The notes: generated by a model not told the origin, from the letters alone. Numbered from the stretch's first letter, positions 30,100-40,603 are shown. The stretch: 64,000 nt of DNA from an uncultured Gemmatimonadales bacterium (GCA_963783305.1 CAWAMW010000002.1:64001-128000); one strand, 5' to 3'. Program-made: numbers and translations.

Positions 30100-30260
30100 C
30101 CTGCGAGGCGCAGCCGAGCCACCCTGCGAGGCGTAGCCGAGCCATACTGCGAGGCCCAGCCGAGCCATACTGCGAGGCGCAGCCGAGCCATACTGCGAGG
30201 CCCAGCCGAGCCATACTGCGAGGCGCAGCCGAGCCATACTGCGAGCCAAAGGCGAGCCAC
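30100..30260 (-). repeat. tandem array, 7 units of 23 bp, inverted relative to 29537-29666
   Basis: Reverse-complement unit (R)TGGCTCGGCTGCGCCTCGCAG(K) shares both ends with the left-array unit. Confidence 0.95.
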
Positions 30261-30334
30261 CCTGGCTCACTTCTTGCCCCTCCGCACCACCACGAGAACG
30301 CCGGAAATCGACCCGGCCAAACACCAGGCCCGCC

Positions 30335-30718
30335 ATGCCGGAAACGATCCTGATTGTGGACGATGACCCCGACTCGCTCGACATCGTCCGAACGTTCCTC
30401 GAGTCGCGCGGATATGACGTCCATATCGCTCGCGACGGGAAGTCGGGCCTCGCGAAGCTCGAAGAAGTGGAGCCGTCGCTCGTCCTTCTCGACGTGATGA
30501 TGCCCGGCATGGATGGCTGGCAGGTCGCCCGCGTGATCAAGAACCACCCGGAGCACGGCGACACCCGGGTGGTCATGCTCACCGCCCGCAGCGGGTTCAA
30601 CGACAAGCAGGAAGGGCTACGGTCCGGGGCCGATGATTATATCGTCAAGCCGATCCGGTTGGACGAACTCGCGGCCCGGGTCGAGAAGAACCTGGAGGCG
30701 CGGGCGAAGCTGACGTGA
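30335..30718 (+). CDS. single-domain response regulator
   Basis: ILIVDDD, LLDVMMPGMDG, MLTA, GADDYIVKP. Confidence 0.93.
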   Translation: MPETILIVDDDPDSLDIVRTFLESRGYDVHIARDGKSGLAKLEEVEPSLVLLDVMMPGMDGWQVARVIKNHPEHGDTRVVMLTARSGFNDKQEGLRSGADDYIVKPIRLDELAARVEKNLEARAKLT

Positions 30719-32358
30719 AGATCCTCAGCCGCATCGAAGACCCCGAGCTGCGCGATCAGCTCGACCGGGTCGCGCAGCGAATCAAGGCAGAGGTATCGGA
30801 CAGCTCTGAGGCCTCTTCCCCCGGCACGGGCGCGGCGGCCTCGACCGTCCTCTTCGTCGAGATGCCCGCCGACCGATGTCTCAACGGCGTCGAGGAGGAG
30901 GCGAAGCGCGTGGGCGCGGCCCTCCTGATCGCGTGCCGCGACATGGAGGATTGCAGTGCCGCGGCCCTCTCACGCGCCGACGAATGGGTCCTCCTGCCCT
31001 CCTCCGAGGCGGAAATCGAGGCGCGACTTGGAACCGCGCGGCAGCGGGCGCTGGCCCGGGCGGTGTCGAATGCCGACCATGATGGCGATGTCGCCGAGTT
31101 CCTCCGCTACGAGGAGCTGCTCCACGATCGTCTCACCGGCTTCCCCACGCTCCCCGTCATGCTCGAAAAGGCGCGCGAGATCCTGGAGCGGCGCGGTGAG
31201 CTGACCATCCTCTACATCCAGTTCGTCTGGTACGAGAAGATCGAGGAGATCTACGGCTGGCAGAAGCTGGACGGCGTCCTCGAGTCCACCGCGGAGGGTG
31301 TCGAGCAGTTCTATCGTCAGCACCATCCCGAGGCCGACAGCCAGATGATGGTCAGCCACATCGGCGACGACGACTTCATCCTCTTCACCGAGCATCCGAA
31401 GGCGAGTGACTCCACCCAGCCGGAGCAGGCGCTGAAGGACCTCACGCAGCGCCTGGAAGGCTTCCTGCGCCAGAAGCTCGAGAACGACCACTCCGAGGAC
31501 ATCGCATCTCTCTGCGGCATCTACGTAGGAGCGGCGACCATCTTCCGGAACCCCAAGATCCGGATGGAGCGGCTGATCTACCGCGGTATCCGCGAAGCGT
31601 CGCAGGCTGCGCGGGGCGCCAAGGAATGGGAGCGGACGCGGAAGATCAGCGACCTGAAGACGCTGCTCCGGGAAGGGGCGGTCTTCATGGAGTACCACCC
31701 CATCATCGTCACCGCGACCGAGGAGATCTACGGCTACGAGGCGCTCGCCCGGGGCCGCCGCCCGGGGCTCCGATCCCCCGAGGTCCTTCTGGACGTGGCC
31801 AGCGAGGCCAACCTCCTCTGGGAGCTCTCCCGCCTCTTTCGCAAGCGCGCCGTGGAGGGAATCAATGGGCTCCTGGGCGAGGACCAGTACCTGTTCATGA
31901 ACGTGGATCCGCACGACTTCAACGATCCGGATTTCCGCGACCTGACGCCGGAAGCGCTCGGAGTGGAGAACCCCGACCGCATCGTGCTGGAGATCACCGA
32001 GCGCACCGCCATCAGCGACTACCCGCAGTTCAAGGAATACCTCGCGGCATTCCGCGAGCGCGGGTTCCGTTTTGCCGTCGATGACGCCGGCAGCGGGTAT
32101 GCCGGTCTCGGCTCGATCGCCAATCTCGATCCCGACTACATCAAGCTCGACATCTCGCTTATTTCCAACATCGACACCAACTTCATGAAGCAGAACCTGG
32201 TGCAGACGATGGTGAAATTCGCCCGGGACAACGACGTTATGGTCGTGGCGGAGGGCGTCGAGCGACGCGAGGAGTTCGAGATCGTGAAGGAGATCGGCGT
32301 TCACCTGACCCAGGGCTTCCTCTTCCACAAACCCCGCCAGTCCGGCATCGAGCAGTGA
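30715..32358 (+). CDS. EAL-domain c-di-GMP phosphodiesterase with degenerate GGDEF and REC-like N-terminus
   Basis: DRLTGFP, HIGDDDF, YEALARG, LEITE, AVDDAGSGY, VAEGVE. Confidence 0.88.
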   Translation: MKILSRIEDPELRDQLDRVAQRIKAEVSDSSEASSPGTGAAASTVLFVEMPADRCLNGVEEEAKRVGAALLIACRDMEDCSAAALSRADEWVLLPSSEAEIEARLGTARQRALARAVSNADHDGDVAEFLRYEELLHDRLTGFPTLPVMLEKAREILERRGELTILYIQFVWYEKIEEIYGWQKLDGVLESTAEGVEQFYRQHHPEADSQMMVSHIGDDDFILFTEHPKASDSTQPEQALKDLTQRLEGFLRQKLENDHSEDIASLCGIYVGAATIFRNPKIRMERLIYRGIREASQAARGAKEWERTRKISDLKTLLREGAVFMEYHPIIVTATEEIYGYEALARGRRPGLRSPEVLLDVASEANLLWELSRLFRKRAVEGINGLLGEDQYLFMNVDPHDFNDPDFRDLTPEALGVENPDRIVLEITERTAISDYPQFKEYLAAFRERGFRFAVDDAGSGYAGLGSIANLDPDYIKLDISLISNIDTNFMKQNLVQTMVKFARDNDVMVVAEGVERREEFEIVKEIGVHLTQGFLFHKPRQSGIEQ

Positions 32359-32383
32359 GCCGGAGCGGGCAGACCCAGAGCCC

Positions 32384-34210
32384 GTGACCGCCTCTACCGC
32401 ACAGCCACAGACCGCCTCCTACACGGCCCGTCGCGACGACGCCGTGGCTCATCGCGACAGCCTCGCCCGTCGCGCCCGATCCATCAGCAACCTGCGACTG
32501 CTCGCGTTCCTGGCGGGCCTCGGCGGCCTCGTCTGGGCCGAAGCCCGGCCGGAGCACGGGGCCGCCGCCCTCGTCGTCGCAGCCGTCGCAGCCGTCTCCT
32601 TCTTCGTTCTCATCGGCATCCACTCCCGCCTGAAGCAGCGCGAGCGCTGGGCCGCCGAGATGGCCGCGGTCAACCAGGAGGGGATCGACAGGATCGCCCG
32701 CGAGTGGGATTCGCTGCCCAGCGTTGCACCCGCGGGACCGCCCCGCCACGGCTACGCCCACGACCTGGACGTCTTCGGGCACGGCTCTCTCGCCCGGTAT
32801 TTCGGAACGGCGGGAACCGCCCTCGGGAAGGCGCGGCTCCACGAATGGCTGCTGGCCCCGGCCGGTGTGGAGACCGCTCGTCGCCGGCAGGAATCCGTGC
32901 GCGAGCTCGTGCCGCTCCTCGATTTTCGACAGGAGCTCCAGGTATCCGGGCGTCTGACCGAGGACCCCGACCCCGCGGCGCTGGACGCGTTCCTGGACTG
33001 GGCGGAAGACGACCCCTGGCTACTCCGGCGGCCCTGGCTCGTCTGGCTCTCGCGTCTCCTCCCGCTGGCCACGCTCCTCCTCCTCGTGCTCTACCTGGAA
33101 GGCAGCCTGGCTCGGCCCTGGTGGATCCTCACACTCCTCGCCGGGACCGCCCTCGCCGCCACCGCCGGGAAGCGGATCCACCGCCTCATGGCCCGCGCCT
33201 CCCTCGGCGATGCCAACCTCCATCACTTCGCCAGTCTGGTGGGGCGAGTTCAGGACGAGTCCTTCGACGCACCGCTGCTCCGCGATATTCACGCGGCGCT
33301 CACCGACGAATGCGACGCGCGCCACCAGCTGGAGCGACTGTCCTGGGTCACTGAGCTGGCCGACCTGCGCCACAGCGGCCTCTTCTACGTCCTCGTGCAC
33401 GTCCCCACCCTCTGGGACTTCCATGTGCTCTGGGGGCTGGAGCGCTGGCAGAGCAGGGCGGGGCGGCACGCTCGGGAATGGGTTCAACGGGTCGCCGATA
33501 TCGAGGCGCTGGCCGCGCTGGCCGCGCCCGTGATCGAGGAAGACGGCTGGTCGTTTCCCGAACTCCAGGCCTCGGGCGATCGGTTCGCCGCCCGCGGCCT
33601 CGCCCACCCGCTCCTCCCCCCCGGCGAGCGGGTCCCGAACGACGTGGAGATCGGGCCGCCTGGCACGTTCGTCATGGTCAGCGGATCGAACATGTCGGGG
33701 AAAAGCACGCTGCTGCGAGCCGTTGGGGTGAACGCGGTGCTGGCGCAGGCGGGGGGGCCCGTATGCGCCGCCGAGCTCACGCTGCCGCCGCTGGAGATCC
33801 GGAGCAGCATGCGGGTGGAGGACTCCCTCGAGCGCGGCGTCTCGCTCTTCATGGCGGAGCTCCAGCAGCTGAAGCGGGTGGTCGATGCCGCCGACCGCGA
33901 TGACGACCGGATCCTCCTCTACCTCCTGGACGAGGTGCTCCATGGCACCAATACCGCCGAACGACAGGTGGCGGTCCGCGAGGTCCTGGCCCACCTCCTG
34001 GAACGGCCGGCCGTCGGGGCCATCTCCACCCACGACCTCGCCCTCGCCGACGCGGCTTTCCTGAGCGACGTAGTGGTGCCCGTGCACTTCCGGGAGACCG
34101 TCCACCCGGAGGGACACGAGCCGCCCATGAGCTTCGACTACATCCTGAGGGACGGCGTGGCGACCTCCACCAACGCCCTCAAGCTGGTCCGACTGGTCGG
34201 CCTCGCCTGA
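32384..34210 (+). CDS. membrane-anchored MutS-related ATPase (MutS domain V)
   Basis: N-terminal TMs; SGSNMSGKSTLLR, SLFMAEL, LLDEVLHGTN, STHDL. Confidence 0.88.
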   Translation: MTASTAQPQTASYTARRDDAVAHRDSLARRARSISNLRLLAFLAGLGGLVWAEARPEHGAAALVVAAVAAVSFFVLIGIHSRLKQRERWAAEMAAVNQEGIDRIAREWDSLPSVAPAGPPRHGYAHDLDVFGHGSLARYFGTAGTALGKARLHEWLLAPAGVETARRRQESVRELVPLLDFRQELQVSGRLTEDPDPAALDAFLDWAEDDPWLLRRPWLVWLSRLLPLATLLLLVLYLEGSLARPWWILTLLAGTALAATAGKRIHRLMARASLGDANLHHFASLVGRVQDESFDAPLLRDIHAALTDECDARHQLERLSWVTELADLRHSGLFYVLVHVPTLWDFHVLWGLERWQSRAGRHAREWVQRVADIEALAALAAPVIEEDGWSFPELQASGDRFAARGLAHPLLPPGERVPNDVEIGPPGTFVMVSGSNMSGKSTLLRAVGVNAVLAQAGGPVCAAELTLPPLEIRSSMRVEDSLERGVSLFMAELQQLKRVVDAADRDDDRILLYLLDEVLHGTNTAERQVAVREVLAHLLERPAVGAISTHDLALADAAFLSDVVVPVHFRETVHPEGHEPPMSFDYILRDGVATSTNALKLVRLVGLA

Positions 34211-35692
34211 TCAGCCGCCGGATCCGCCGCCGGACGAGACCGGCTCGCCCACGGGCGTCGAGGCCGGCTCCGGCTCCGGGGGCTGGTACAGCTCCGCACC
34301 CATACCGGCGAACCATGGCGCCTCACCACTCGCGCTGACCAGCGCCTCTGCGTCGTAGCGGACGCTCGGGTTCCACAGGACCCACTCGGTCAGCCCGGCG
34401 TCGTACACCGCGTCGATCTGCGCCCGCACGTGGCGCGGTCCGTAATCGGGCTCGCCCAGGCTGAACGCCTGAAGCCAGGGCCGGATGGACGCCGCGCCTT
34501 CGATCTCCCGGGAGCGGTTCACGCCGTGGTCCATCGCCTTCTTCACGATCTGGTAGGGCGCGGCGTTCGGGTTCGCGTAGCTCCAGGACCCGCGCGGATA
34601 ATGGCTCGGATAAACCATCGGCAGGAGCACATCGATCACGTCCGACATCTCCTCCCAGAGCTGACCGATGCCCACGTCGTTGAACGCGGACGTGGTGATG
34701 CCGAACACGTCCGCCGTGAGCGGCACATCGGACTCCGCCAACCGATCGTCTGCGTACATCATGAATTCCCGGATCCCCTGCGTCCTGCTCCGGCCGTCGC
34801 GGGCCGGATAGACCGCGTCCCGCAGATAACGGTTCGGCGCGTCGGGGAATCGCACGTAGTCCCACTGGACCTCGCTGAACCCCAGCGCGATCGCTTCCCG
34901 CGCAAGCTCAATGTTGTAGTTCCAGACATGCTCGTTGTAGGCATCCACCCAGTGCACGTTCTTCTGGTCCTCCCAGACCGTTCCGTCCTCGCGCTGGATC
35001 GACCACTCCGGCCGGGCCGTCGCGAGCAGCGGATCCTTGAACACGACGATTCGGGCGATGGGGTAGATGCCATGCTCCCGCAGCCGCTCCAGGCGCTCCC
35101 GGACGTCCGCGATCCTGACCCGGTCTGTCGCCCCCACCTGACGCGCCAGTGGGACCTGCGAGGCGTATGTGACCTCGCCCGTGGCGTCCTTCACGTCGAT
35201 GACGAACGCGTTCACCTCCGTCCGGTCCGCCAGGTCCAGGAGCTGCGCGAACCGCTTGTCGCTCGCCACCGGCCACGAGCCTGCGTAGATCCCATGCACC
35301 GCCTCCGGCTTCGGCACCCGCCACTCCGACGCCACCGGAAGCACCGGGCTCCGCTCGTCCGCCGCGGCCCAGTCGATCGGCGCGCGCGGCTCCGGGTCCG
35401 GCGATGCCACGTCCGCCGTCGCCGACCCCGCCTTCGGGCCAGCACTCGCGGACTCCGACTCGCCACCATCGTCCGCGACTTCCCCCGCGGGGGCCGACTC
35501 CGGGATGGGCGCAACGGGCACGACTGCCGCCGCGTCCACGGCCCCCACCGCGACCGCTGGCTCCCCCTCATCTCCCGAGCGCATCGCCACCGCGCCGAGT
35601 CCCACTCCGAGGACCAGCGCCACGATCAGCCCCACGGTCAGGGGCCTGGACTTGCTCTCCAGCGAATTCCAGCTACGTCCGTTCCGCGTCAT
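34211..35692 (-). CDS. putative glycoside hydrolase (DUF4015-like)
   Basis: NAFVIDVKD, IARIVVFKD, EVQWDYVRFPD, PMVYPSH, RPWLQAF. Confidence 0.85.
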   Translation of the reverse strand: MTRNGRSWNSLESKSRPLTVGLIVALVLGVGLGAVAMRSGDEGEPAVAVGAVDAAAVVPVAPIPESAPAGEVADDGGESESASAGPKAGSATADVASPDPEPRAPIDWAAADERSPVLPVASEWRVPKPEAVHGIYAGSWPVASDKRFAQLLDLADRTEVNAFVIDVKDATGEVTYASQVPLARQVGATDRVRIADVRERLERLREHGIYPIARIVVFKDPLLATARPEWSIQREDGTVWEDQKNVHWVDAYNEHVWNYNIELAREAIALGFSEVQWDYVRFPDAPNRYLRDAVYPARDGRSRTQGIREFMMYADDRLAESDVPLTADVFGITTSAFNDVGIGQLWEEMSDVIDVLLPMVYPSHYPRGSWSYANPNAAPYQIVKKAMDHGVNRSREIEGAASIRPWLQAFSLGEPDYGPRHVRAQIDAVYDAGLTEWVLWNPSVRYDAEALVSASGEAPWFAGMGAELYQPPEPEPASTPVGEPVSSGGGSGG

Positions 35693-35835
35693 TCAGACAG
35701 CTTCCTCTGTTTCTCTGTTCATGTCCCAGGTGCCGCTCTCCCAGGGAGTTACATGATGAGGTGGTGGCGCATTATGTGGGCCAGCCGGGCGCGCTGGCGT
35801 TGCCATTCCAGTTCGCTATTGTCCGCAGGGGGGCA

Positions 35836-37053
35836 TCAGTATCTCGGGGTTCGAGGGTCGACTTCAGAGCCCCAGGCGAGGATTCCGCCGGTGAGATTCC
35901 GGGCGCGGTCGAAGCCGTGTTGGCGGAGGTATCTGGTGACGTTGCCGCTGCGCGCGCCGGAGCGGCAGTAGAAGACGATCTCGCGCTCGGGGTCCAGCTC
36001 CCCGAGGCATGCCTCCAGCTGGTTCATGGGGATCAGCCGGGCCCCGTACTCCTCGAGGTTGAAGATCCGCCACTCGAACGGCTCTCTGACGTCGATCAGG
36101 TCCAGGTCCACCCCCGCGTCCAGTCTGCGCTTCAGCTCCGCCGCCCCGATCTCGTCCGACACCGCCGTGTCGGGCTCCACGTCCACGGCCCCGTCCCCGC
36201 CCCCGTCCGGCTGTTCCCGGGCTCGCGTCGGCTCAGCAGCGTCCGCCACCCCGCAGAACGCCTCATAGTCGATCAGCTCGGTCACAGTGGGGCTCTCCCC
36301 GCACACCGGACATTCCGGGTTCTTCCGGAGCTGGAGCTCACGCCAGCGCATGGTGAGGCCATCGAAGAGGACGAGCCGGCCGATCAGGGGATCGCCGGCG
36401 CCGGTGATGAGCTTCACCGCCTCCAGCGCCTGGAGCGACCCGATGATCCCGGGGAGCACCCCCAACACCCCGCCCTCGGCGCAGTTCGGCACCAGCCCGG
36501 GCGGCGGCGGCTGGCGGAAGAGACAGCGGTAGCAGGGGGCATCCGCCCCGCCGAACACCGACACCTGACCGTCGAATTTGAGGATGGAGCCGTAGACGTT
36601 CCGCTTCCCCAGGAGCACGCACGCGTCGTTCACCAGGTAGCGGGTGGGAAAGTTGTCGGTGCCGTCGATCACCAGGTCGTAGCCGCGGATGATGTCGAGG
36701 GCGTTGCCGCTATCGAGCCGCTCCTCGTGCACAACCACGTCGATATGCGAGTTGAGGTCCTTCAGCCGATCCCGGGCGGCCTCAAGCTTCGGTCGCCCCA
36801 GGTCCCCCTCCCCGTACAGGATCTGTCGCTGGAGGTTGCTCGCGTCCACCACGTCGAAGTCCACCAGCCCCAGAGTGCCGACCCCCGCGGCGGCCAGATA
36901 AAGCGAGGCGGGGGAGCCGAGGCCGCCCGCCCCCACGATGAGCACGCGCGCCGCCTTCAGCCGCCGCTGCCCCTCCTCCCCCACCTCTCCCAGCACGATG
37001 TGGCGGGCGTACCGGAGGGTCTCCGCGGCGCTCAGCTCCGGCAGTTCGCTCAT
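35836..37053 (-). CDS. moeB: MoeB/MoeZ-like adenylyltransferase with C-terminal rhodanese domain
   Basis: RYARHI, GAGGLG, SNLQRQ, CYRC, NCAEGGVLG, YCRSGARS. Confidence 0.92.
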   Translation of the reverse strand: MSELPELSAAETLRYARHIVLGEVGEEGQRRLKAARVLIVGAGGLGSPASLYLAAAGVGTLGLVDFDVVDASNLQRQILYGEGDLGRPKLEAARDRLKDLNSHIDVVVHEERLDSGNALDIIRGYDLVIDGTDNFPTRYLVNDACVLLGKRNVYGSILKFDGQVSVFGGADAPCYRCLFRQPPPPGLVPNCAEGGVLGVLPGIIGSLQALEAVKLITGAGDPLIGRLVLFDGLTMRWRELQLRKNPECPVCGESPTVTELIDYEAFCGVADAAEPTRAREQPDGGGDGAVDVEPDTAVSDEIGAAELKRRLDAGVDLDLIDVREPFEWRIFNLEEYGARLIPMNQLEACLGELDPEREIVFYCRSGARSGNVTRYLRQHGFDRARNLTGGILAWGSEVDPRTPRY

Positions 37054-37090
37054 CTCCACGCACTCACTTCCTTCCAATCCACCCTCCACT

Positions 37091-37462
37091 CTATCCACCG
37101 GCAATGCTCGGAACGATCGTGATGTCGTCCCCCTCCTCCAGCACCGTCGCCTCACCGTTCAGGAAACGGATGTCCTGGTCGTTCCGGAAGATGTTCACAT
37201 GCTCCCGGAGGGCGCCCGCTTCCGTCCGCACGTGGCGGCGCAGGCCCGGGTGCCGAAGGAGGAGGTCGTCCAGAGCGCCGGCGATCGTGCCGGCCGCGAC
37301 CGTCAGCTCCGCGATGCCCCCCGCCAGCTCCCGGAGGGGCCCCGGGATCCGCACCATCACCTGCGCCGATCCAGGTGGCTTCCGGACGGCCGGGGGCGCC
37401 AGATTCGTCGTGTCGCTCCTCGGATCTCTCATCGGATCAGGCATACCCGCGGGGTCCGCCAT
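37091..37462 (-). CDS. MoaD/ThiS family sulfur carrier (ubiquitin-like); start uncertain
   Basis: VRIPGPLR...VNIFRND.DIRFL...IVPSIAGG C-terminal GG. Confidence 0.88.
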   Translation of the reverse strand: MADPAGMPDPMRDPRSDTTNLAPPAVRKPPGSAQVMVRIPGPLRELAGGIAELTVAAGTIAGALDDLLLRHPGLRRHVRTEAGALREHVNIFRNDQDIRFLNGEATVLEEGDDITIVPSIAGG

Positions 37463-37471
37463 CGTGCCGGA

Positions 37472-38806
37472 TCAAAGACCCTCCAGGATCAGCGCCGCGT
37501 TCCGTTCCGCCGCGCCCGTTTCGGACCGCACGTACTCCCGCGCCCGCGCTCCCGCCTCGCGCGCGCTCCCTTCCTTCTCGAGCAGCCTCCGCATCCGGTC
37601 TTCGAACGACGACGGGTCCTCCACCACCCAGCCGCCCCCGGCTTCCACCAGGGCGTCCGCCTCCCGCGCGTTGCCGTGGGCGGGGCCGAAGAGGACGGGG
37701 ACCCCGAGCGCCGCCGGCTCCACCACCGAGTGCAGCCCTGCCGTGCCGAACCCGCCGCCGACGTACGCCGCGTCGGCCAGCGCGTACAGGTCCGCCAGGA
37801 CGCCCATCCGGTCCACTACCACCACCTCGGGCACAGGCCCGCCCGCCGCCACGAGCGCCCCGAGCCGCGCGTGCCGAAGCGACTGCCGGTCGAGTCGTCG
37901 CTCCAGCGATTCCAGGTGCGCCCCGGTGGGCTCGTGCGGCGCGATCACCAGCCGCATCTTGCGGTCCCTGCTCAGGACCGTGAATGGCGGCAGCAGCACT
38001 TTCTCGTCCGACCCCCACGTGGACCCCGCCACGAGCGTGAACGCCTCTGGATCGTCCAGCAGCCGCCACAGCGGCCGCAGCTCCTCCGGCGCACGCTCCG
38101 CCGCCGCCGGGTCGCCGCGCAGCGACGCCAGCCCCCGACTCTCGGTCCGGTCCCAGACCTGATCGAAGCGGGCGTCCCCGGTGACCCGGATCCGCCCCGA
38201 CGGGACGCCCAGCCGCTCGTAGCGCTCCGCGTGCTCCCGGCTCACCGCCCCCACCCGGTCCAGCCGCCGGTACACGCCCTCCAGGAAGCTCCGGCCGAGC
38301 CAGCGAAGCCGCCCCGAGCCCTCCGACAGCACCGCGTTCACCAGCACCTGCGACGCCCCCGCCCGCGCGGCCTCGCGACTCAGCACCGGCCACACCTCCG
38401 TCCGCACGAACGCGATCACCGCCGGACGCAGCGACGACAGCGCTTCCCGGACCGGACCACGCGTATCGAACGGCACGTACCCCGCCACGTCCGCACCCAC
38501 CTCCTCGACCATTCGCTCCGCCGACGGCGAGAAGTGCGTGAACGCCACCTGCACGTCCGGCCGCGCCTCCCGGACCGCCGCGATCACCGCCTTCCCCATG
38601 AGCGCCTCCCCCACCGACGGGGCGTGCACCCATAGCAGCGGCCGGTCCAACTGGCGCTCGGACGCGGACCATTCCCGGAACCGATCGAGTGTCTCCGCCC
38701 GGCCTCGCACCGCCCGTTCCGCGCCGCCGTGCACGAGGGCGGCCGCGCGGATCGCCGGCCGGGCGCCCGCAAGCACCGCTTCGTAGAGGGTCTCGGAGAG
38801 GGACAA
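37472..38806 (-). CDS. waaA: 3-deoxy-D-manno-octulosonic acid transferase
   Basis: WVHAPSVGE, TEVWP, TGDARFD, AGSTW, IAPHEP, AYVGGGF, EPAALG; TTG start with GGAG RBS. Confidence 0.9.
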   Translation of the reverse strand: MSLSETLYEAVLAGARPAIRAAALVHGGAERAVRGRAETLDRFREWSASERQLDRPLLWVHAPSVGEALMGKAVIAAVREARPDVQVAFTHFSPSAERMVEEVGADVAGYVPFDTRGPVREALSSLRPAVIAFVRTEVWPVLSREAARAGASQVLVNAVLSEGSGRLRWLGRSFLEGVYRRLDRVGAVSREHAERYERLGVPSGRIRVTGDARFDQVWDRTESRGLASLRGDPAAAERAPEELRPLWRLLDDPEAFTLVAGSTWGSDEKVLLPPFTVLSRDRKMRLVIAPHEPTGAHLESLERRLDRQSLRHARLGALVAAGGPVPEVVVVDRMGVLADLYALADAAYVGGGFGTAGLHSVVEPAALGVPVLFGPAHGNAREADALVEAGGGWVVEDPSSFEDRMRRLLEKEGSAREAGARAREYVRSETGAAERNAALILEGL

Positions 38807-38808
38807 CG

Positions 38809-39006
38809 CTACTCCGCCGTGTACGTCCGCTGGTCCGGGTCCGCCTGCACCCGGACTTCCACCAGTTCCGCGCTCGCCGCCACCTCCTCCGACACGCGGT
38901 CGGCCGCGACACGCATCGCCGCGCGCAGGTCCTCCGCCTCGATATCGAGGATATCGTAGAGCGCGCGGGGCGCGCCGTAGCGGAACGTTACGCGGTAGCT
39001 GGGCAT
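38809..39006 (-). CDS. small hypothetical protein
   Basis: MPSYRVTFRYG...; good codon bias, abuts waaA. Confidence 0.65.
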   Translation of the reverse strand: MPSYRVTFRYGAPRALYDILDIEAEDLRAAMRVAADRVSEEVAASAELVEVRVQADPDQRTYTAE

Positions 39007-39052
39007 CAGAGACGATGGACAGGGTTCGGGGAACGGCCGTATATTCGCCCAC

Positions 39053-40138
39053 GTGCGATACATAGGCAACAAGACCAGGCTGCTTGGCTTCATCCGCAAG
39101 AAGCTCGAGACCCGGGGGCTCGCCGGCCCCGGCCTCTCCGCCGTCGACCCGTTCAGCGGCACCGCCAGCGTCGCACACCACCTGAAGAGCCTCGGGTTCC
39201 GCGTCACCGCCTCCGACATCATGGCCTACGGCTACGTCTTCGCCCGCGCCTACGTGGAGGTCCCCCGCCACCCCACCGCCCCCGGACTCGCCCACGAGGT
39301 GCTCGCCGTTCACGGCCGCGATGCGCCCACCGCGCGCGATGTCGCCGACCATCTCAACGGGCTCGACCCACTCCCCGGGTTCGTTCACCGCAGCTACTCG
39401 CCCGACGGAGAGGCCGGACGCGAGCACGGCCGCATGTACTTCACCGCCGAGAACGCCGCCCGCATCGACCACGTCCGCAACCGCATCGAGGAGTGGTATC
39501 GCGGCGGACAGATCGATCGCGACCTCTACCACCTCCTCGTCGCCGCCGTCATCGAGGGTGCAGACCGCGTCGCCAACACCACCGGCGTCTATGCCGCTTT
39601 CGTGAAGAGCTGGCAGCCCAACGCCCGGCGACGGTTCCGGATCCAGCTCCCGGAGATCCACGAGGGGAACGGCTGCCGCGCCGCACAGGCCGACGCCCTG
39701 GACCTCGTCCCCGATATGGACCCCTTCGACCTCCTCTACCTCGACCCGCCCTACAACAACCGCCAGTACCCCGGCTACTACCACATCCCCGAGCTCCTGG
39801 CCATGGGCTGGTTCGACGGCGAGCCCGAGCTGCGCGGCAAGACCGGCCTCGTCCCCGACGGCGACAAGCGCAGCGACTGGTCCCGTGCCGGCAAATGCGA
39901 GGTCGCCTTCGAGCGCCTCATCGCCACAGCACCCTGGAAGCACGTCGTCATGAGCTACAACGACGAGGGGATCATCCCCGAGGCCACCATCGAGCGCGTG
40001 CTCCGTGCGAACGGCCTCCAGGACAGCTACAAACGCTACAGCCGCAGCTACAAGCGCTATCGCTCCGACGCCGACTCCGAGGACCGCAAGTACAAGGGCG
40101 ACAAGGTGCGGGAATACCTGTACTGCGTGAGCCGCTAG
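39053..40138 (+). CDS. DNA adenine methyltransferase (D12 class)
   Basis: MRYIGNK, DPFSGTASV, LYLDPPYN. Confidence 0.92.
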   Translation: MRYIGNKTRLLGFIRKKLETRGLAGPGLSAVDPFSGTASVAHHLKSLGFRVTASDIMAYGYVFARAYVEVPRHPTAPGLAHEVLAVHGRDAPTARDVADHLNGLDPLPGFVHRSYSPDGEAGREHGRMYFTAENAARIDHVRNRIEEWYRGGQIDRDLYHLLVAAVIEGADRVANTTGVYAAFVKSWQPNARRRFRIQLPEIHEGNGCRAAQADALDLVPDMDPFDLLYLDPPYNNRQYPGYYHIPELLAMGWFDGEPELRGKTGLVPDGDKRSDWSRAGKCEVAFERLIATAPWKHVVMSYNDEGIIPEATIERVLRANGLQDSYKRYSRSYKRYRSDADSEDRKYKGDKVREYLYCVSR

Positions 40139-40603
40139 CCGACGAGCCGGACCCGCGCAGTCGCTCGCCCTCGACCGCTTCGCCTCGAACCACTGGCGCG
40201 TTCGCCTATCGCTCCGCCCCCCCCGCCAAGGCATCCTCCTTCGTGACGCTGGCCGGGCGCCCCGGATGCGGACGGGCGGAGATGCCCCTCCCTCCCTCCC
40301 TCCCGCGCGCCCGTCAGCGGATCGAAGATCCCTGTCGGTGGAGGAAAATGCACCCACGAACCCCCTGAGGTGGTCCTCCCGCAGGGTTCTCCCGGCACGG
40401 ACGAGAGTACCCTGCACGGACGCGAGCCGGCGTGCGGTCCCGCGCTCTTTTCACGTCTCTGGCGCGAAAACCACGCTCGAGGCCCGCACTTCACACTCCG
40501 ACCACACATTTTTTACGTCCCGGCGGAAGTCCCCATGGCAGCGCGGGCGGCCGCGCTCCCATTCCGCCGGACATTTCGGAAACGACGAACCGGATCACCC
40601 GCA

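Noticed and set aside
29537..30260. CRISPR array
   Set aside because: Units are head-to-tail with no unique spacers, and there are no cas genes.
38807..40417. Long N-terminal extension of the 981-aa waaA ORF
   Set aside because: It is antisense to the methyltransferase and overlaps a small gene; waaA has its own RBS and TTG at 38806.
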